NCBI RefSeq assembly: GCF_036669915.1
Contig: NC_089320.1
Span: 15,979,874 to 16,043,873 of the forward strand
Reading direction: 5' to 3'
DNA length: 64,000 nucleotides
Source: Pocillopora verrucosa
Lineage: Eukaryota
The stretch's first letter is position 1. Every line of letters begins with the position of its first letter. The notes below the pieces were generated by a model that did no database searches, was not told where the DNA came from, and saw only the letters and a list, made by a program, of their open reading frames with translations. The translations under genes were made by a program, and so were the position numbers. This document shows positions 39,101 to 47,950 of the stretch, piece by piece.

Positions 39101-39750
39101 GTTTTGAAATAGTCTGCAGAGTATGGCAGAACTCAAAGAGATCTGGTGATTTTGGTGTGCAAAATCTCAAAGAGATATCGTGATTTTGGCATGCAAAATG
39201 GAGGTTTAAAAAAGTACTTGTTTAAGCACCTGCCATACTCTGTGTGACTGGGTTTTGGACAAGAGAACTATTATCTTAAGGGAGGAGGGTATAGATTGTT
39301 CTAACACAAATATCTTAGACACGAAGAAATAAACAGAAGAGAGTAAGGAGAGTTAATAATTAGATCAAAGTAGTGAAAGAGTTAAAGAGATTTCTGATTT
39401 TGATCACTCATATCATTTCAACGCACGGGATCTTTGAGTCGCTTAGGGTGATGACGTTCATAAATGGGTTATTTACTTAAAATAATTCCTAAAGTAAACT
39501 GTTTTGAGACAAACCTTATCGTCGAAAAATACCAGTTCGTACGGTTCAGTCCTATCTATTTTCAAAACACGAAAGCGAGTTTCTGCATTATTCGAGCCAA
39601 CGAGGAAGAACCTCTGCAAGAAGGACGAAAAAAATTGTTATTATAACATATAACTAGGTTTTTATCTCTTATCCTAAATATGATATTTACCGCTTTCGTC
39701 TCGTAAAGTACAATTCGCTGGGTGCAGCAAATTGAGTAGAGGTCCGCCAT
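24003..39750 (-). CDS. FIG4: FIG4/SAC3 polyphosphoinositide phosphatase, gene-level span (27 coding exons)
   Basis: Exons (minus strand, 5' to 3'): 39691-39750, 39515-39613, 38024-38156, 37378-37432, 36190-36297, 36012-36062, 34840-35552, 33932-34032, 33424-33549, 33033-33072, 32446-32543, 32012-32145, 31469-31514, 31088-31158, 30713-30767, 29703-29816, 29236-29294, 28415-28489, 28156-28247, 27292-27436, 27064-27122, 26385-26550, 25884-25952, 25069-25228, 24640-24719, 24301-24372, 24003-24180. All are AG/GT bounded with consistent phases. The sum is 3159 nt, which is 1052 codons plus stop. Colinear with human FIG4 as I recall it ([31 protein letters not shown]; [23 protein letters not shown]; [17 protein letters not shown]; ...YREYIRNRYL*). 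Confidence 0.95.
24301..24372 (-). CDS. FIG4: FIG4 exon 26
   Basis: Acceptor ATGCAG, donor GTAAAT. (R)[23 protein letters not shown](W). Human RFVQLGQ... Confidence 0.75.
24640..24719 (-). CDS. FIG4: FIG4 exon 25
   Basis: Acceptor GGTTAG, donor [32 protein letters not shown](R). Human ...[23 protein letters not shown]. Confidence 0.75.
25069..25228 (-). CDS. FIG4: FIG4 exon 24
   Basis: Acceptor ATCATAG, donor GTGTGC. (G)[53 protein letters not shown]. Acidic Ser-rich block as in human SSSSEDDSGTD. An alternative acceptor at 25290 gives an immediate stop. Confidence 0.7.
25545..25850. repeat. Dispersed repeat family R1, copy in a FIG4 intron
   Basis: ...GAAGCGCGGGAAAACGCGAGTAACCAACCTGTAATTGGTTTAGCTATGCATCTGATTGGTTGGATAGAAAGCGC...TTACTTTCGACATTAGATTCAATATCACTCT. 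Same blocks occur at 48290-48585 and, inverted, at 27590-27715. Confidence 0.6.
25884..25952 (-). CDS. FIG4: FIG4 exon 23
   Basis: Acceptor ATTTTCAG, donor GTAAGT. (R)[22 protein letters not shown](G). Human [20 protein letters not shown]. Confidence 0.8.
26385..26550 (-). CDS. FIG4: FIG4 exon 22
   Basis: Acceptor TTTTGCAG, donor GTAAGC. (E)[54 protein letters not shown](R). Confidence 0.8.
27064..27122 (-). CDS. FIG4: FIG4 exon 21 (59 nt)
   Basis: Needed to reconcile the phases of exons 20 and 22. Acceptor TCTGCAG, donor GTTTGT. (S)[19 protein letters not shown](E) versus human [20 protein letters not shown]. Confidence 0.75.
27292..27436 (-). CDS. FIG4: FIG4 exon 20
   Basis: Acceptor TTTGCAG, donor GTGATA. 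(D)[47 protein letters not shown]. Human [35 protein letters not shown]. Confidence 0.85.
27590..27715. repeat. Dispersed repeat family R1, partial inverted copy
   Basis: The reverse complement reads ...CTGCTTGAAGCGCGGGAAAACGCGAGTGACCCAGTCGTCATTGGTTTTGTTTTGTATCTGATTGGTCGAGAAAA... Confidence 0.55.
27742..27860 (-). mobile_element. tRNA-derived SINE copy (in FIG4 intron 19)
   Basis: Minus strand: GTTCAGTAGTCCAGTGGTCAGTGCACTGGGCTCCGAGTCAGACGACCCGGGTTCTAGTCCTGGCCGGGGGAAGGCGTTGTGCCCTTGAGACGTGCGGG-A(10). A-box TAGTCCAGTGG (27834-27844), B-box GGGTTCTAGTCC (27791-27802), poly(A) tail (poly-T on plus strand at 27742-27753). No acceptor stem or anticodon arm, so not a tRNA gene. Confidence 0.7.
28156..28247 (-). 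CDS. FIG4: FIG4 exon 19
   Basis: Acceptor TTCTCAG, donor GTAAGA. (G)[30 protein letters not shown]. Human [30 protein letters not shown]. Confidence 0.95.
28415..28489 (-). CDS. FIG4: FIG4 exon 18
   Basis: Acceptor TTTTTTCAG, donor GTGAGG. (R)[24 protein letters not shown]. Human [25 protein letters not shown]. Confidence 0.9.
28959..29162. mobile_element. TTAA-flanked MITE (CCCTTT...AAAGGG family), copy A1
   Basis: TTAA(28955-28958)|CCCTCTAACTCCCAAGATCTCATTAGCAATTCTCC...CACTTATGGGAGTTAAAGGG|TGAA. Internally about 80 percent similar to copy A2. Confidence 0.8.
29236..29294 (-). CDS. FIG4: FIG4 exon 17
   Basis: Acceptor TTTCCAG, donor [25 protein letters not shown](R). Human [20 protein letters not shown]. 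Confidence 0.85.
29703..29816 (-). CDS. FIG4: FIG4 exon 16 (catalytic Sac CX5R(T/S) motif)
   Basis: Acceptor CTTACAG, donor [44 protein letters not shown]. Lies inside track ORF 29478..29852. Confidence 0.97.
30178..30377. mobile_element. MITE copy, same superfamily as 37178-37350 (degenerate ends)
   Basis: ...CTAAGAGTTACTAGCATCTAATTTCTCTTTACAATATCACC...GATTGTTAAACATATGTTCTACTCGCCAGCACCATAGGAAAT...GTGTGTAAACGG is colinear with the 37178 copy. Confidence 0.55.
30713..30767 (-). CDS. FIG4: FIG4 exon 15
   Basis: Acceptor TGTTCTAG, donor GTATAG. (R)[18 protein letters not shown]. Phase-consistent bridge between exons 14 and 16 in a weakly conserved region. Confidence 0.65.
30898..31072. repeat. 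Compound tetranucleotide microsatellite (TCTG/TCTA)n, i.e. (GACA/GATA)n on the gene strand
   Basis: Directly visible: ...CTATCTGTCTGTTTGTCTGTTTATCTATCTATCTATCTATCTATCTATCTGTC... Ends about 15 bp from the exon 14 donor (intron starts at 31087 on the minus strand). Confidence 0.95.
31088..31158 (-). CDS. FIG4: FIG4 exon 14
   Basis: Acceptor GTTTCAG, donor [29 protein letters not shown](R). Human [23 protein letters not shown]. Confidence 0.8.
31469..31514 (-). CDS. FIG4: FIG4 exon 13 (46 nt)
   Basis: Acceptor CTTTTACAG, donor GTTTGT. (S)[15 protein letters not shown]. Human SKLCNVLDRLNVIAES. Confidence 0.8.
31720..31835. repeat. Dispersed repeat family R3, half copy (inverted relative to 52115-52335)
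   Basis: CTTTGCGGTGGCCATTTTACGTTATCAACCCACTTGATACTATCAAATTACCCTGTTATACTCTCCACCGACGCGTCA is the reverse complement of the left half of the 52115-52335 element. Confidence 0.6.
32012..32145 (-). CDS. FIG4: FIG4 exon 12
   Basis: Acceptor TTTTATAG, donor [50 protein letters not shown](S). Human [45 protein letters not shown]. Confidence 0.85.
32446..32543 (-). CDS. FIG4: FIG4 exon 11
   Basis: Acceptor TTTTAAG, donor GTGGGT. (V)[32 protein letters not shown]. Human [32 protein letters not shown]. Confidence 0.85.
33033..33072 (-). CDS. FIG4: FIG4 exon 10 (40 nt)
   Basis: Acceptor TTTTTTCAG, donor [19 protein letters not shown]. Human DISTMMPKPPITL. Confidence 0.75.
33133..33336. mobile_element. 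TTAA-flanked MITE, copy A2
   Basis: TTGA|CCCTTTCACTCCCAAGATCTCATCAGCAGTTCTCC...GTGGGAATTTAAGGG|TTAA(33337-33340). In FIG4 intron 9. Confidence 0.8.
33424..33549 (-). CDS. FIG4: FIG4 exon 9
   Basis: Acceptor CTTTTAG, donor [48 protein letters not shown]. Human [42 protein letters not shown]. Confidence 0.9.
33932..34032 (-). CDS. FIG4: FIG4 exon 8
   Basis: Acceptor CTTCAG, donor GTTGGT. (D)[33 protein letters not shown]. Human [33 protein letters not shown]. Confidence 0.9.
34840..35552 (-). CDS. FIG4: FIG4 exon 7 (713 nt, with a long low-complexity insertion)
   Basis: Acceptor GTTATAG, donor GTATCC. (S)[13 protein letters not shown]...(~190 aa Ser/Thr/Asp/Glu/Gln-rich)...[32 protein letters not shown]. 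Contained in track ORF 34733..35563. Confidence 0.85.
36012..36062 (-). CDS. FIG4: FIG4 exon 6
   Basis: Acceptor TTCTTCAG, donor GTATGT. (K)[16 protein letters not shown](S). Human [17 protein letters not shown]. Confidence 0.9.
36190..36297 (-). CDS. FIG4: FIG4 exon 5
   Basis: Acceptor TTTTACAG, donor GTAAAT. (K)[35 protein letters not shown](K). Human [23 protein letters not shown]...THPDEAR. Confidence 0.85.
37178..37350. mobile_element. MITE copy (CCCTTT...AAAAGG|TTAA)
   Basis: CCCTTTATCCCTTAGAGTGACAAGCATCAAATTCTCTTTCC...GTAAGGGTGTAAAAGG|TTAA(37351-37354). Ends only 23 bp from FIG4 exon 4. Confidence 0.65.
37378..37432 (-). CDS. FIG4: FIG4 exon 4
   Basis: Acceptor CTTTGCAG, donor GTAAGT. 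(G)[17 protein letters not shown](K). Human [19 protein letters not shown]. Confidence 0.9.
38024..38156 (-). CDS. FIG4: FIG4 exon 3
   Basis: Acceptor CTTGTTAG, donor [50 protein letters not shown](G). Human HVYTQQEVRELLGRLDLGN...RAVSAFGVVG. Confidence 0.85.
38420..38600. repeat. Dispersed repeat family R2, copy b
   Basis: CATTTTTGATTGGTTCTTGTTC...CATGTTGCCGTGGGTTAGTACAATAATAGATCAAAGAAGAC...CAGAGACGCACTCGGCTCATCTGCC. In FIG4 intron 2. Confidence 0.5.
39515..39613 (-). CDS. FIG4: FIG4 exon 2
   Basis: Acceptor CTTCTTGCAG, donor [39 protein letters not shown]. Human [33 protein letters not shown]. Confidence 0.95.
39691..39750 (-). CDS. FIG4: FIG4 exon 1 (start codon)
   Basis: ATG at 39750 in CAAGATGGCGGACC context. 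[20 protein letters not shown]. Donor GTAAAT. Confidence 0.9.
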
Positions 39751-39844
39751 CTTGATATCTTGATGAATGTTATTATTAGATCCCAGGTCTCTCACGGGCT
39801 CCGCTCCGCAACAGAGAATCGATGCGTCCTCTTTGATTCTTTCA

Positions 39845-39916
<72 letters not shown>

Positions 39917-39960
39917 TATCTGTACTTTCAAAAATCCTCAAGGGTACTTTAGGTGGAAGA
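39751..39960 (-). promoter_or_regulatory. Putative FIG4 5' UTR/core promoter region containing (TA)34
   Basis: Immediately upstream of the FIG4 ATG. AAGATGGCGGAC (39742-39753, minus strand) overlaps the ATG. (TA)34 at 39847-39914. TSS not determinable from sequence. Confidence 0.5.
39847..39914. repeat. (TA)34 dinucleotide microsatellite
   Basis: Uninterrupted TATATA... run, 68 bp, starting 97 bp upstream of the FIG4 start codon. Confidence 0.98.
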
Positions 39961-40274
39961 TGAAAAAGATAGTCTAATGGGGGAGGGGGGTTTAATCCGA
40001 GTCTTCAGTCCGCCTGCTCTCATCTGGTTTTTAAATGTGAACAACGAGTGTACAGGTGGAAACATAGCTCAGGAAGTTGAAATTGCACTCCTTGATATTC
40101 TTGGCAGGGATGTGCTGTCCACGTTCTCCAAATCTTGTCTCAATTTTTTTTAACCAAATCATGCCTCTTTCTAAATCCATTTTCAATTTGAAAATTCTTT
40201 ACTCTTTTGCAGACCAAAACAGCTAAAAAGCCTTCCCATTTGGGTTGAAATGTTCCTATTTATATGACAACCTG

Positions 40275-40400
40275 AAGTATACATGCATTTTGATTGGTTC
40301 TTCTGTTTGGTAATAGATGATGGAAGACATCAAATTGTTATAAGAATGTCAGTGATCCCCCTAGCATTACCTTGTGTGCCATTTTTTTGTTCTTCTCTTA
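40275..40400. repeat. Dispersed repeat family R2, copy c (internally deleted)
   Basis: GCATTTTGATTGGTTCTTCTGTTTGGTAATAGATGATGGAAGACATCAAATTGTTATAAGAATGTCAGTGATCC...TGTGTGCCATTTTTTTGTTCTT. Confidence 0.5.
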
Positions 40401-40878
40401 CTCTTAGAAACATTCTATGCCTTAGATTTGAAAACAACACAAACTACACCACACCTTGGAAAAGTTAGACTTCAGCCTTATTCACAGAATTGATTAGCTG
40501 ATCAATTTTATTCACAAATGTTCCTATTATTTACTACTGCTTTAAGTAAAGTTCATTCTACATTTCACAACTATTCATGAAATTAAAAATTTTACAAATT
40601 ATTATGAATAAAAAACACAAGATGGTGCAAGAAATAAATTTGTATCTGTCCCTAAATTCAAAACTAGTATTTACTGTATGGTGATAACAGGGATATTTTT
40701 CCTGTATCCTGGAGAGTTGGCCTATAAACATCTGTTAAAAAAAATTGAGTTGTATGCCATGTGAAAACATCTGAACAGCTGGTTTTAAATTGACTGGCCA
40801 GCACAAGGTGGAAAACTGATATATGACTATTATGAAAGAGCAAAACTTCGCTTTTTGATTCCAAAGTATTCAAATTAA

Positions 40879-41050
40879 CCCCTTACTTCCAAGGGTGACC
40901 AAGAAATAATTTCTCGTTACAATGTCAATACAATCTCAAGCAGACAAGCAATGAGAATATGGAAATTTATAAATTAGGGGATTATTTGTTGATAAATTGT
41001 ATTATAGACAGTACAGAGAATTACTAAAATGAGACTTTGGGAGTGAAAGG
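40879..41050. mobile_element. TTAA-flanked MITE, copy C1
   Basis: TTAA(40875-40878)|CCCCTTACTTCCAAGGGTGACCAAGAAATAATTTCTCGTTACAATGTCAATACAA...GACTTTGGGAGTGAAAGG. Confidence 0.65.
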
Positions 41051-41450
41051 AAATGAATGTAAGAGTAATCATTAAACTAGCTGAACAGGGTTCCATCATA
41101 TTTTATTTTTCTTGTAGTACATTCATATCAAATTATGTCTGGCCAATAGTCAACAGAGAAGTTAATAGCATTTTTGCTGCAAATTAAGCAAACTGTTTTT
41201 ACACTCCAAACACCATACAGAGAATTTCATGTTATCTAACCAGAGATGACAGTGGACTACAACCAGTGCCTGGTAGCTGTAGTTTTCAAGCTTTCAAACA
41301 CTTAATCATGTGGTAAACTTTGTCAGAAGGCTACCAAATAATTGTGTTTGATTCCATGCCAAGTACAAGTGGTTTCTTGGCTATTGTCTGGGATAACTAC
41401 ATTGACCTGCTAACATTGGTGATGACTTTGCAAGATTTTATGAAAGGTGG

Positions 41451-42943
<1,493 letters not shown>

Positions 42944-43624
42944 ATGGCGGGCAGTCTAACACGAGAGGTGATAACTCTCCAATTTGGTCATTACTCCAAC
43001 TTTGTCGGTACTCACTGGTGGAATATTCAAGAATCTAGCTTCTGCTATGACCCTAGTTCTTCATTTCAACAAGAAATTAACCACGATGTGTTGTTTAGGG
43101 AAGGTTTAACTTTACAGGGCGACCAAACTTACACTCCAAGGTTGTTGGTGTTCGATTTGAAAGGAAGTCTAAAAAATCTACCAAAATATGGAACTTTGTA
43201 TCAGACTCCATCTGACGGCCACGAAACCTTGTGGGAAGGGGCAGTTTCTGTACATGAATCAGAACCAGAACCTAAAAATGAATTTCAAATGGACTTAGAA
43301 GCGGTACTGGAGTCTGAGAACGATCGCGAAACAGAAGTTTCTGTTGACAATAGAACGCTTGATCAGGATCCTGTCGATAAAAACCCAAGAGAAAAGTATT
43401 ATGACCTGGATAAAAATGTCTCTGTGTGGTCAGACTTCTTAGGAACCTGCTTGCATCCGAAATCAATTCAGCTTGTGCGGGATTACCTGCATGGTGGAAG
43501 CACTAGTCCATTTGATGTGTTTGGATACGGACAGTCTGTAGCCAAAGATGAACACTTTTATGATGAGTTTGAAAGCAATCTTCATTTCTTTGTCGAGGAA
43601 TGTGACAGTCTACAGGGATTCCAG
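42944..43624 (+). CDS. MSTO1: MSTO1 exon 1
   Basis: ATG 42944 (AATATGGCGGGC). Donor CAG|GTTAGA at 43625. Track ORF 42944..43663 reads through into the intron. Confidence 0.95.
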
Positions 43625-45615
43625 GTTAGAATTATACCGCTTGGAAAAATGAATTTGTGGTGAGGTCCATAGAGTGTCTGGAAGCTATCAGACCAAAGTT
43701 TTGATCATTTCGCCATTTTGTTCACTTAGTGATTTTGTAAGTTGAGAGAGGTAGTTGTCTGTTTTCAAGTGATTCTTAACGCCTTATGGATTGTAATCCA
43801 GGTCTGTTTAACCTTAATCTGGGTCCTTGCTTCTCAGTGAGGAACAGAATTGATAATAGGAAAACAATCTACTGCCCATTTTCCCTCCCCCTAATATTTT
43901 CTTGCTTTTTTCAATTCCTTCCTTCTACCTCTCCCAACCCCTGCCCCCCTTGACCAGTGATCCGGCCTAATTGCACTTAGGAGCCTGGTGCTTGTCTAGC
44001 TTTTTGTGTGCTTAACTTTCATCTGTTATTAGTTCAGAAAACCTGTGCTACATATGCAATCAATTAGATATAAACTAATCATAGCTCAGCCATTCACACT
44101 TTCCTGTGCCTGAGGCCATCGATGTGTCTGTAGTTTAAGTTTTCTTTGGCTTCATGTGATATTTTCCTATGTTCTGATTGAGCATAGTGAAAACTATAGT
44201 GTTAGTTTTGCACTGCTTAACCCCTTAACCCCCAAGATCTGATTGTTAATTCTCTCCTGTATCTGCTACACATTTCCTTTTAAATTAGTTATGAGAAATT
44301 AGTTCTGATTACCTGTTTCCTGAAGAATGTATGGATATTGTAGGGAGAAGTTTTATGTTAATCACTTCTGGGAGTTAAAGGGTTAATGTGTAAGTGTCCA
44401 GCTTCAGTTATAGACACTTCTTTAAGGTCTCTGCAATGTCTGCTCAACTGATGTCAGTTTTATATTTTGTTCCTACAGATATTCTCTGATGTATATAATG
44501 GTTTTGGTGGCATAAGCAGCCAGCTACTTGAAGACCTAAGAGATGAGTATGGGAATAAATCGTTTCTTACATTTGGAGTTACACCAACTGAATTTCCCAA
44601 GGAAGCACATAAAGATGCTGTTCATAGAATCCTGAATTCAGCTCTGAGTTTTGGTCAGTTGGCATTAAACAGTGATCTGTTTGTACCTATGTCACTTGCT
44701 CAAGAGGTGTGGCCACACCTGGGACAAGCCAGGGATTTTCCTCTTTTAGATTACAAGGTGATTTAGTTTCCTTTTATGAGCATTATAGAACCAGTAATCA
44801 TCTCATAAGCAATTGTTTGCTAAGGTATTTTTTTTGTTTTTCTTTCCCAGCCTGCTTTGTCATACCACACCAGTGCAGTGTTGGGAGCATGTGTGGACAC
44901 AATCACTATGCCTTACCGGCTCCTCACACCTCAGGCAGTCAACATGAACAGCTTTGTAAATAGTGTGGCATTTGGAGAGAGAAAGATTGCCAGCCTCTCG
45001 TTGACTTTCCCTTTACCCATAGAAGATGCTATTCCTTTGTCGTCCCTTCTAGGCTCTACACTGAGTAGAAATGGAACAGAACTTTTTCAGTCAGTAACTC
45101 CTGGTATTTCACATTCTTCCTCTCTTATATCTCAGTCTTCAGTCATAAGAGGCATCCCTGCTTCTTTCACCCATACACCTCAACAAAACATCCAGTCCCA
45201 GAATTCTGTGTTGCATGAGAACCCATTTGAAGTTTGCACAACTGCTAGTGAAATGGTTCAAACATTTCTGCAAAATTTACACCCTCAGACTCAACCTGTG
45301 TGTTGGAATGTCAATCAAACTTGTATGGTCAAGCCTCCTTTTCCAAATATTTTCGGCTCAAGAGTAACCAATGATGGACTTGTTGTTGATGGATATACAA
45401 GACCAGAGAGTGTACGAGTGAGTCAGACAAGTGTTCTTAGTCGTCTCGAGACAAATTCCGGCATCGCTAGTATGCTTCTGTCATTGATTCAGTGGGCAAA
45501 AAGAGTAAATATCAGTAAGCATCATTTGTTTTTGGAATCAGGTACTGAAGAAGAAACATTTAAAGAAATGCTTGAAGATTTGACTAGTTTGTCTCAGCGT
45601 TACGTGAACCCGTGA
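42944..45615 (+). CDS. MSTO1: MSTO1 / misato (DML1 family), gene-level span, 3 exons, 573 aa
   Basis: Exons 42944-43624, 44479-44757, 44851-45615 (all phase 0). MAGSLTREVITLQFGHYSNFVGTHWWNIQE...ECDSLQGFQ|IFSDVYNGFGGISSQLLEDLRDEY...LLDYK|PALSYHTSAVLGACVDTITMPYRL... Human MSTO1: [28 protein letters not shown]...ECDYLQGFQ...SLPYHSSA. Possible AATAAA about 110 nt after the stop. Confidence 0.95.
44221..44382. mobile_element. TTAA-flanked MITE, copy B1 (intact TTAA on both sides), in MSTO1 intron 1
   Basis: TTAA(44217-44220)|CCCCTTAACCCCCAAGATCTGATTGTTAATTCTCTCC...ATCACTTCTGGGAGTTAAAGGG|TTAA(44383-44386). The reverse complement is colinear with copy B2. Confidence 0.85.
44479..44757 (+). CDS. MSTO1: MSTO1 exon 2
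   Basis: Acceptor TTCCTACAG, 93 codons, donor AAG|GTGATT. Confidence 0.95.
44851..45615 (+). CDS. MSTO1: MSTO1 exon 3 (terminal)
   Basis: Acceptor TCTTTCCCAG. 254 codons plus TGA stop ending at 45615. Track ORF 44857..45615. Confidence 0.95.
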   Translation, partial: PALSYHTSAVLGACVDTITMPYRLLTPQAVNMNSFVNSVAFGERKIASLSLTFPLPIEDAIPLSSLLGSTLSRNGTELFQSVTPGISHSSSLISQSSVIRGIPASFTHTPQQNIQSQNSVLHENPFEVCTTASEMVQTFLQNLHPQTQPVCWNVNQTCMVKPPFPNIFGSRVTNDGLVVDGYTRPESVRVSQTSVLSRLETNSGIASMLLSLIQWAKRVNISKHHLFLESGTEEETFKEMLEDLTSLSQRYVNP

Positions 45616-46468
45616 TACAGTAAAATAGAGAGTTCTTTAAAGAACAGATTCACTTCGTTGTAATAGCCCACGAAAATTTCGCCTGAAAATCCCAGGCAAT
45701 CTCTCATCTCCTGGGTAAAATAACAAATAAAAGGAAGCGTTTCAATTAGTGCTAGAATCTTTTTATCTTTAAATTAAAGAAAGTTTCCTCTGTCTACGTA
45801 TGTTACAATGAAGTGAAACCAAAATCTTTAGATTCAGTGACTGAAATTTCTCCTCGGTGAAATAATGCATCTTTCCCACGAAAATTGATAAGGCTTTTAG
45901 GAATTGGCAACGTCTCACGATTTTTACCTATAGGTCTCAGACTGCGATAGACGTTTGCTTCTGGTTGTTGTAATCTACATGAAACGACTTCCTAAGTTTG
46001 CGCACTATCTTACCGGTCGGCTGCGATGTACACCCTGTAGGAAAACTCCGGCTTTAAAACCACCTTATCCACTTTCTGTGTCTTCGACGGAAGAACAAAT
46101 TAGTTTGAACTGTTTCTGCCAGTTAAAAGAATTGTTTTTCTGTGCGAATCAGTGTAGCAGACATCTCAATACTAAACGGAAAAAATGACGTTTGAATCGA
46201 CGGATTGTACGCCACAAAGATCTACGTCAAGCGCGAGAAAAGAAATGCACGCGCGCGGTAGTTAGGGTCGCTTTACAAAATTCATTTAATCCATGATAAA
46301 GTGTTTTAATTTACAAATAAAAAAAAAGCTCGAGATACTAGTGCTGAGCCTTGATTTTGCCCCAACAGATGAATGTAAAGGTTTCACTTGCCATCCCATT
46401 CTCACGGTACTTATTTACAGAAAAATACCCGTAATTGGCGTGGTAATTTGTTATGTACTTAAGGAAAG

Positions 46469-46655
46469 TTTAGACTACGAGCAGTGCCATCTTTAAGGCG
46501 ACGTCCGTCGGGGGAGTGAAAAAGAAGAAAAAAGAATAAAAAAACATTCAAGGAAAAAAAAAGATCTTATCGAACTGCGTGGAACTCTGGGAGGGCTGAA
46601 TTCTTTAGACTCGCGCGACGGACCCGCCGAAAAGGAGGGACTGCTCGTAGTCTAA
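46469..46655. repeat. Imperfect ~42-bp inverted repeat with ~105-bp A-rich spacer (hairpin/MITE-like)
   Basis: TTAGACTACGAGCAGTGCCATCTTTAAGGCGACGTCCGTCG (46469-46510) versus the reverse complement of CGACGGACCCGCCGAAAAGGAGGGACTGCTCGTAGTCTAA (46616-46655). In the MSTO1/SRRM1 convergent intergenic region. Confidence 0.6.
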
Positions 46656-47824
46656 GAAGCGTTAAGTTTTCGGGTCGTTTGGAAGTACAAGTCCAGAAAA
46701 TATAGCCAGAAATGTGATTTTTTTTGGCAAGAGTGTTGAAACATATCAGGTGGAACAGTGGATTCCGCCCAAATTGACTTACAATTAAATTTAATTCAAC
46801 CAAGTTCAACCTCGTGGCAATGACCCTCAAAAGGTAACAACGAGACGGCTCATTACAAAGAAAATAAGATTACAGTCGGTATCGTGCGGGAAAACGCACG
46901 TATTCAGGGACCCGTTTCCCATTGGAAACCCTCTTGCCTAATGGGGCGACATCAACCATAAGTAAAGAGATTCACCGGTTATATTTTGCAAGAATGACTT
47001 TACTACAGATTTGTTTACTAAATTACAACAAAAGTTAATAAAAAAAGACTCGCAGGTTGATCATGGTTGCCTCACTTGTCTTCTTCTCAAAAGATAAAAC
47101 TTAGTGTGCGGAAAATAAAATACCTCGAAATAATGTTCGTTTGTTGGCGTCTCTTTCCACTTATCACACACGGTTAGGAAAATTAATGCGCATAATAAAT
47201 ACCTATGCTTTAGAAGAAACACGTCCCGACACAGAAACCTGAAAAAGCTTTACGTATCGTAGGACGTTTCATTACAACCAAGAAGCGCGGTGCACTAAAA
47301 ACCAGGCTCTACTATTTTGAATTCCACGCACAACAGTAACCTGAAAGGTTTTTCACTGGAGTCATGACGTGTAAGAGCCCTTAACTAGAACAAAACATTG
47401 CTTGGTGCAATGCCACTGGAAAGGTATGCTATTGAACCAAAATTCTTCTCTGTTCTAAACTCGAAAGCCGCAATGTGCAAAACTGATTGGCAAGTTGAGA
47501 ACGTTTTTTTTCGCCTAATGGTTGTATATTGGGTAAAGAGGAAAACAAAACTCTGGAGGCATATAGACGATCTTAAGCTAGCACGCACTCTACCGCTTGG
47601 CGGTGAATCACGTTTGAAAAAAAAGGACTGAAATCAAGTCCTTTTGTGTGGGAGGAGGTCAGCTAAAAAATAAAGAACAACTACTAATACTGTGTACGAT
47701 AACTGCGCTATTTCAAGAGAAATATCAAGATATTAAACGCCTGGGTAATGGCAGGGTGTTTCTCTCAAAGATAGTCGGTCGGTCTCTACTTTTGAATTTT
47801 GCCTTTTGTTAACTTTTCAGCGAA

Positions 47825-47950
47825 TCAATCGTCGTCGTTCTCCTCCTGTCCTTCCGGTGATTTGGCGTGTCTCTGCATCGATTGAAGAGCCTTCTCTCTT
47901 AGCTTTCTCTCCAAGGTTTCTGTGTCATCTTCGTCCATGCTATCCGAGTG
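47825..47950 (-). CDS. SRRM1: SRRM1 exon 12 (terminal)
   Basis: Acceptor TTTTCACAG. HSDSMDEDDTETLERKLREKALQSMQRHAKSPEGQEENDDD, stop TGA 47825-47827. Confidence 0.9.
   Translation of the reverse strand, partial: HSDSMDEDDTETLERKLREKALQSMQRHAKSPEGQEENDDD

Noticed and set aside
43625-43663. Tail of the track ORF beyond MSTO1 exon 1 (VRIIPLGKMNLW*), and similarly 44758-44766
   Set aside because: This is read-through into introns after canonical GT donors. Splicing restores colinearity with misato.
45616-47824. Possible gene in the MSTO1/SRRM1 convergent intergenic region (ORFs 45955..46188, 46567..46830, 47398..47631)
   Set aside because: The ORFs are short, mostly non-ATG, and overlap the inverted-repeat and A-rich repeats. 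The region is most simply the two 3' UTRs plus repeats.
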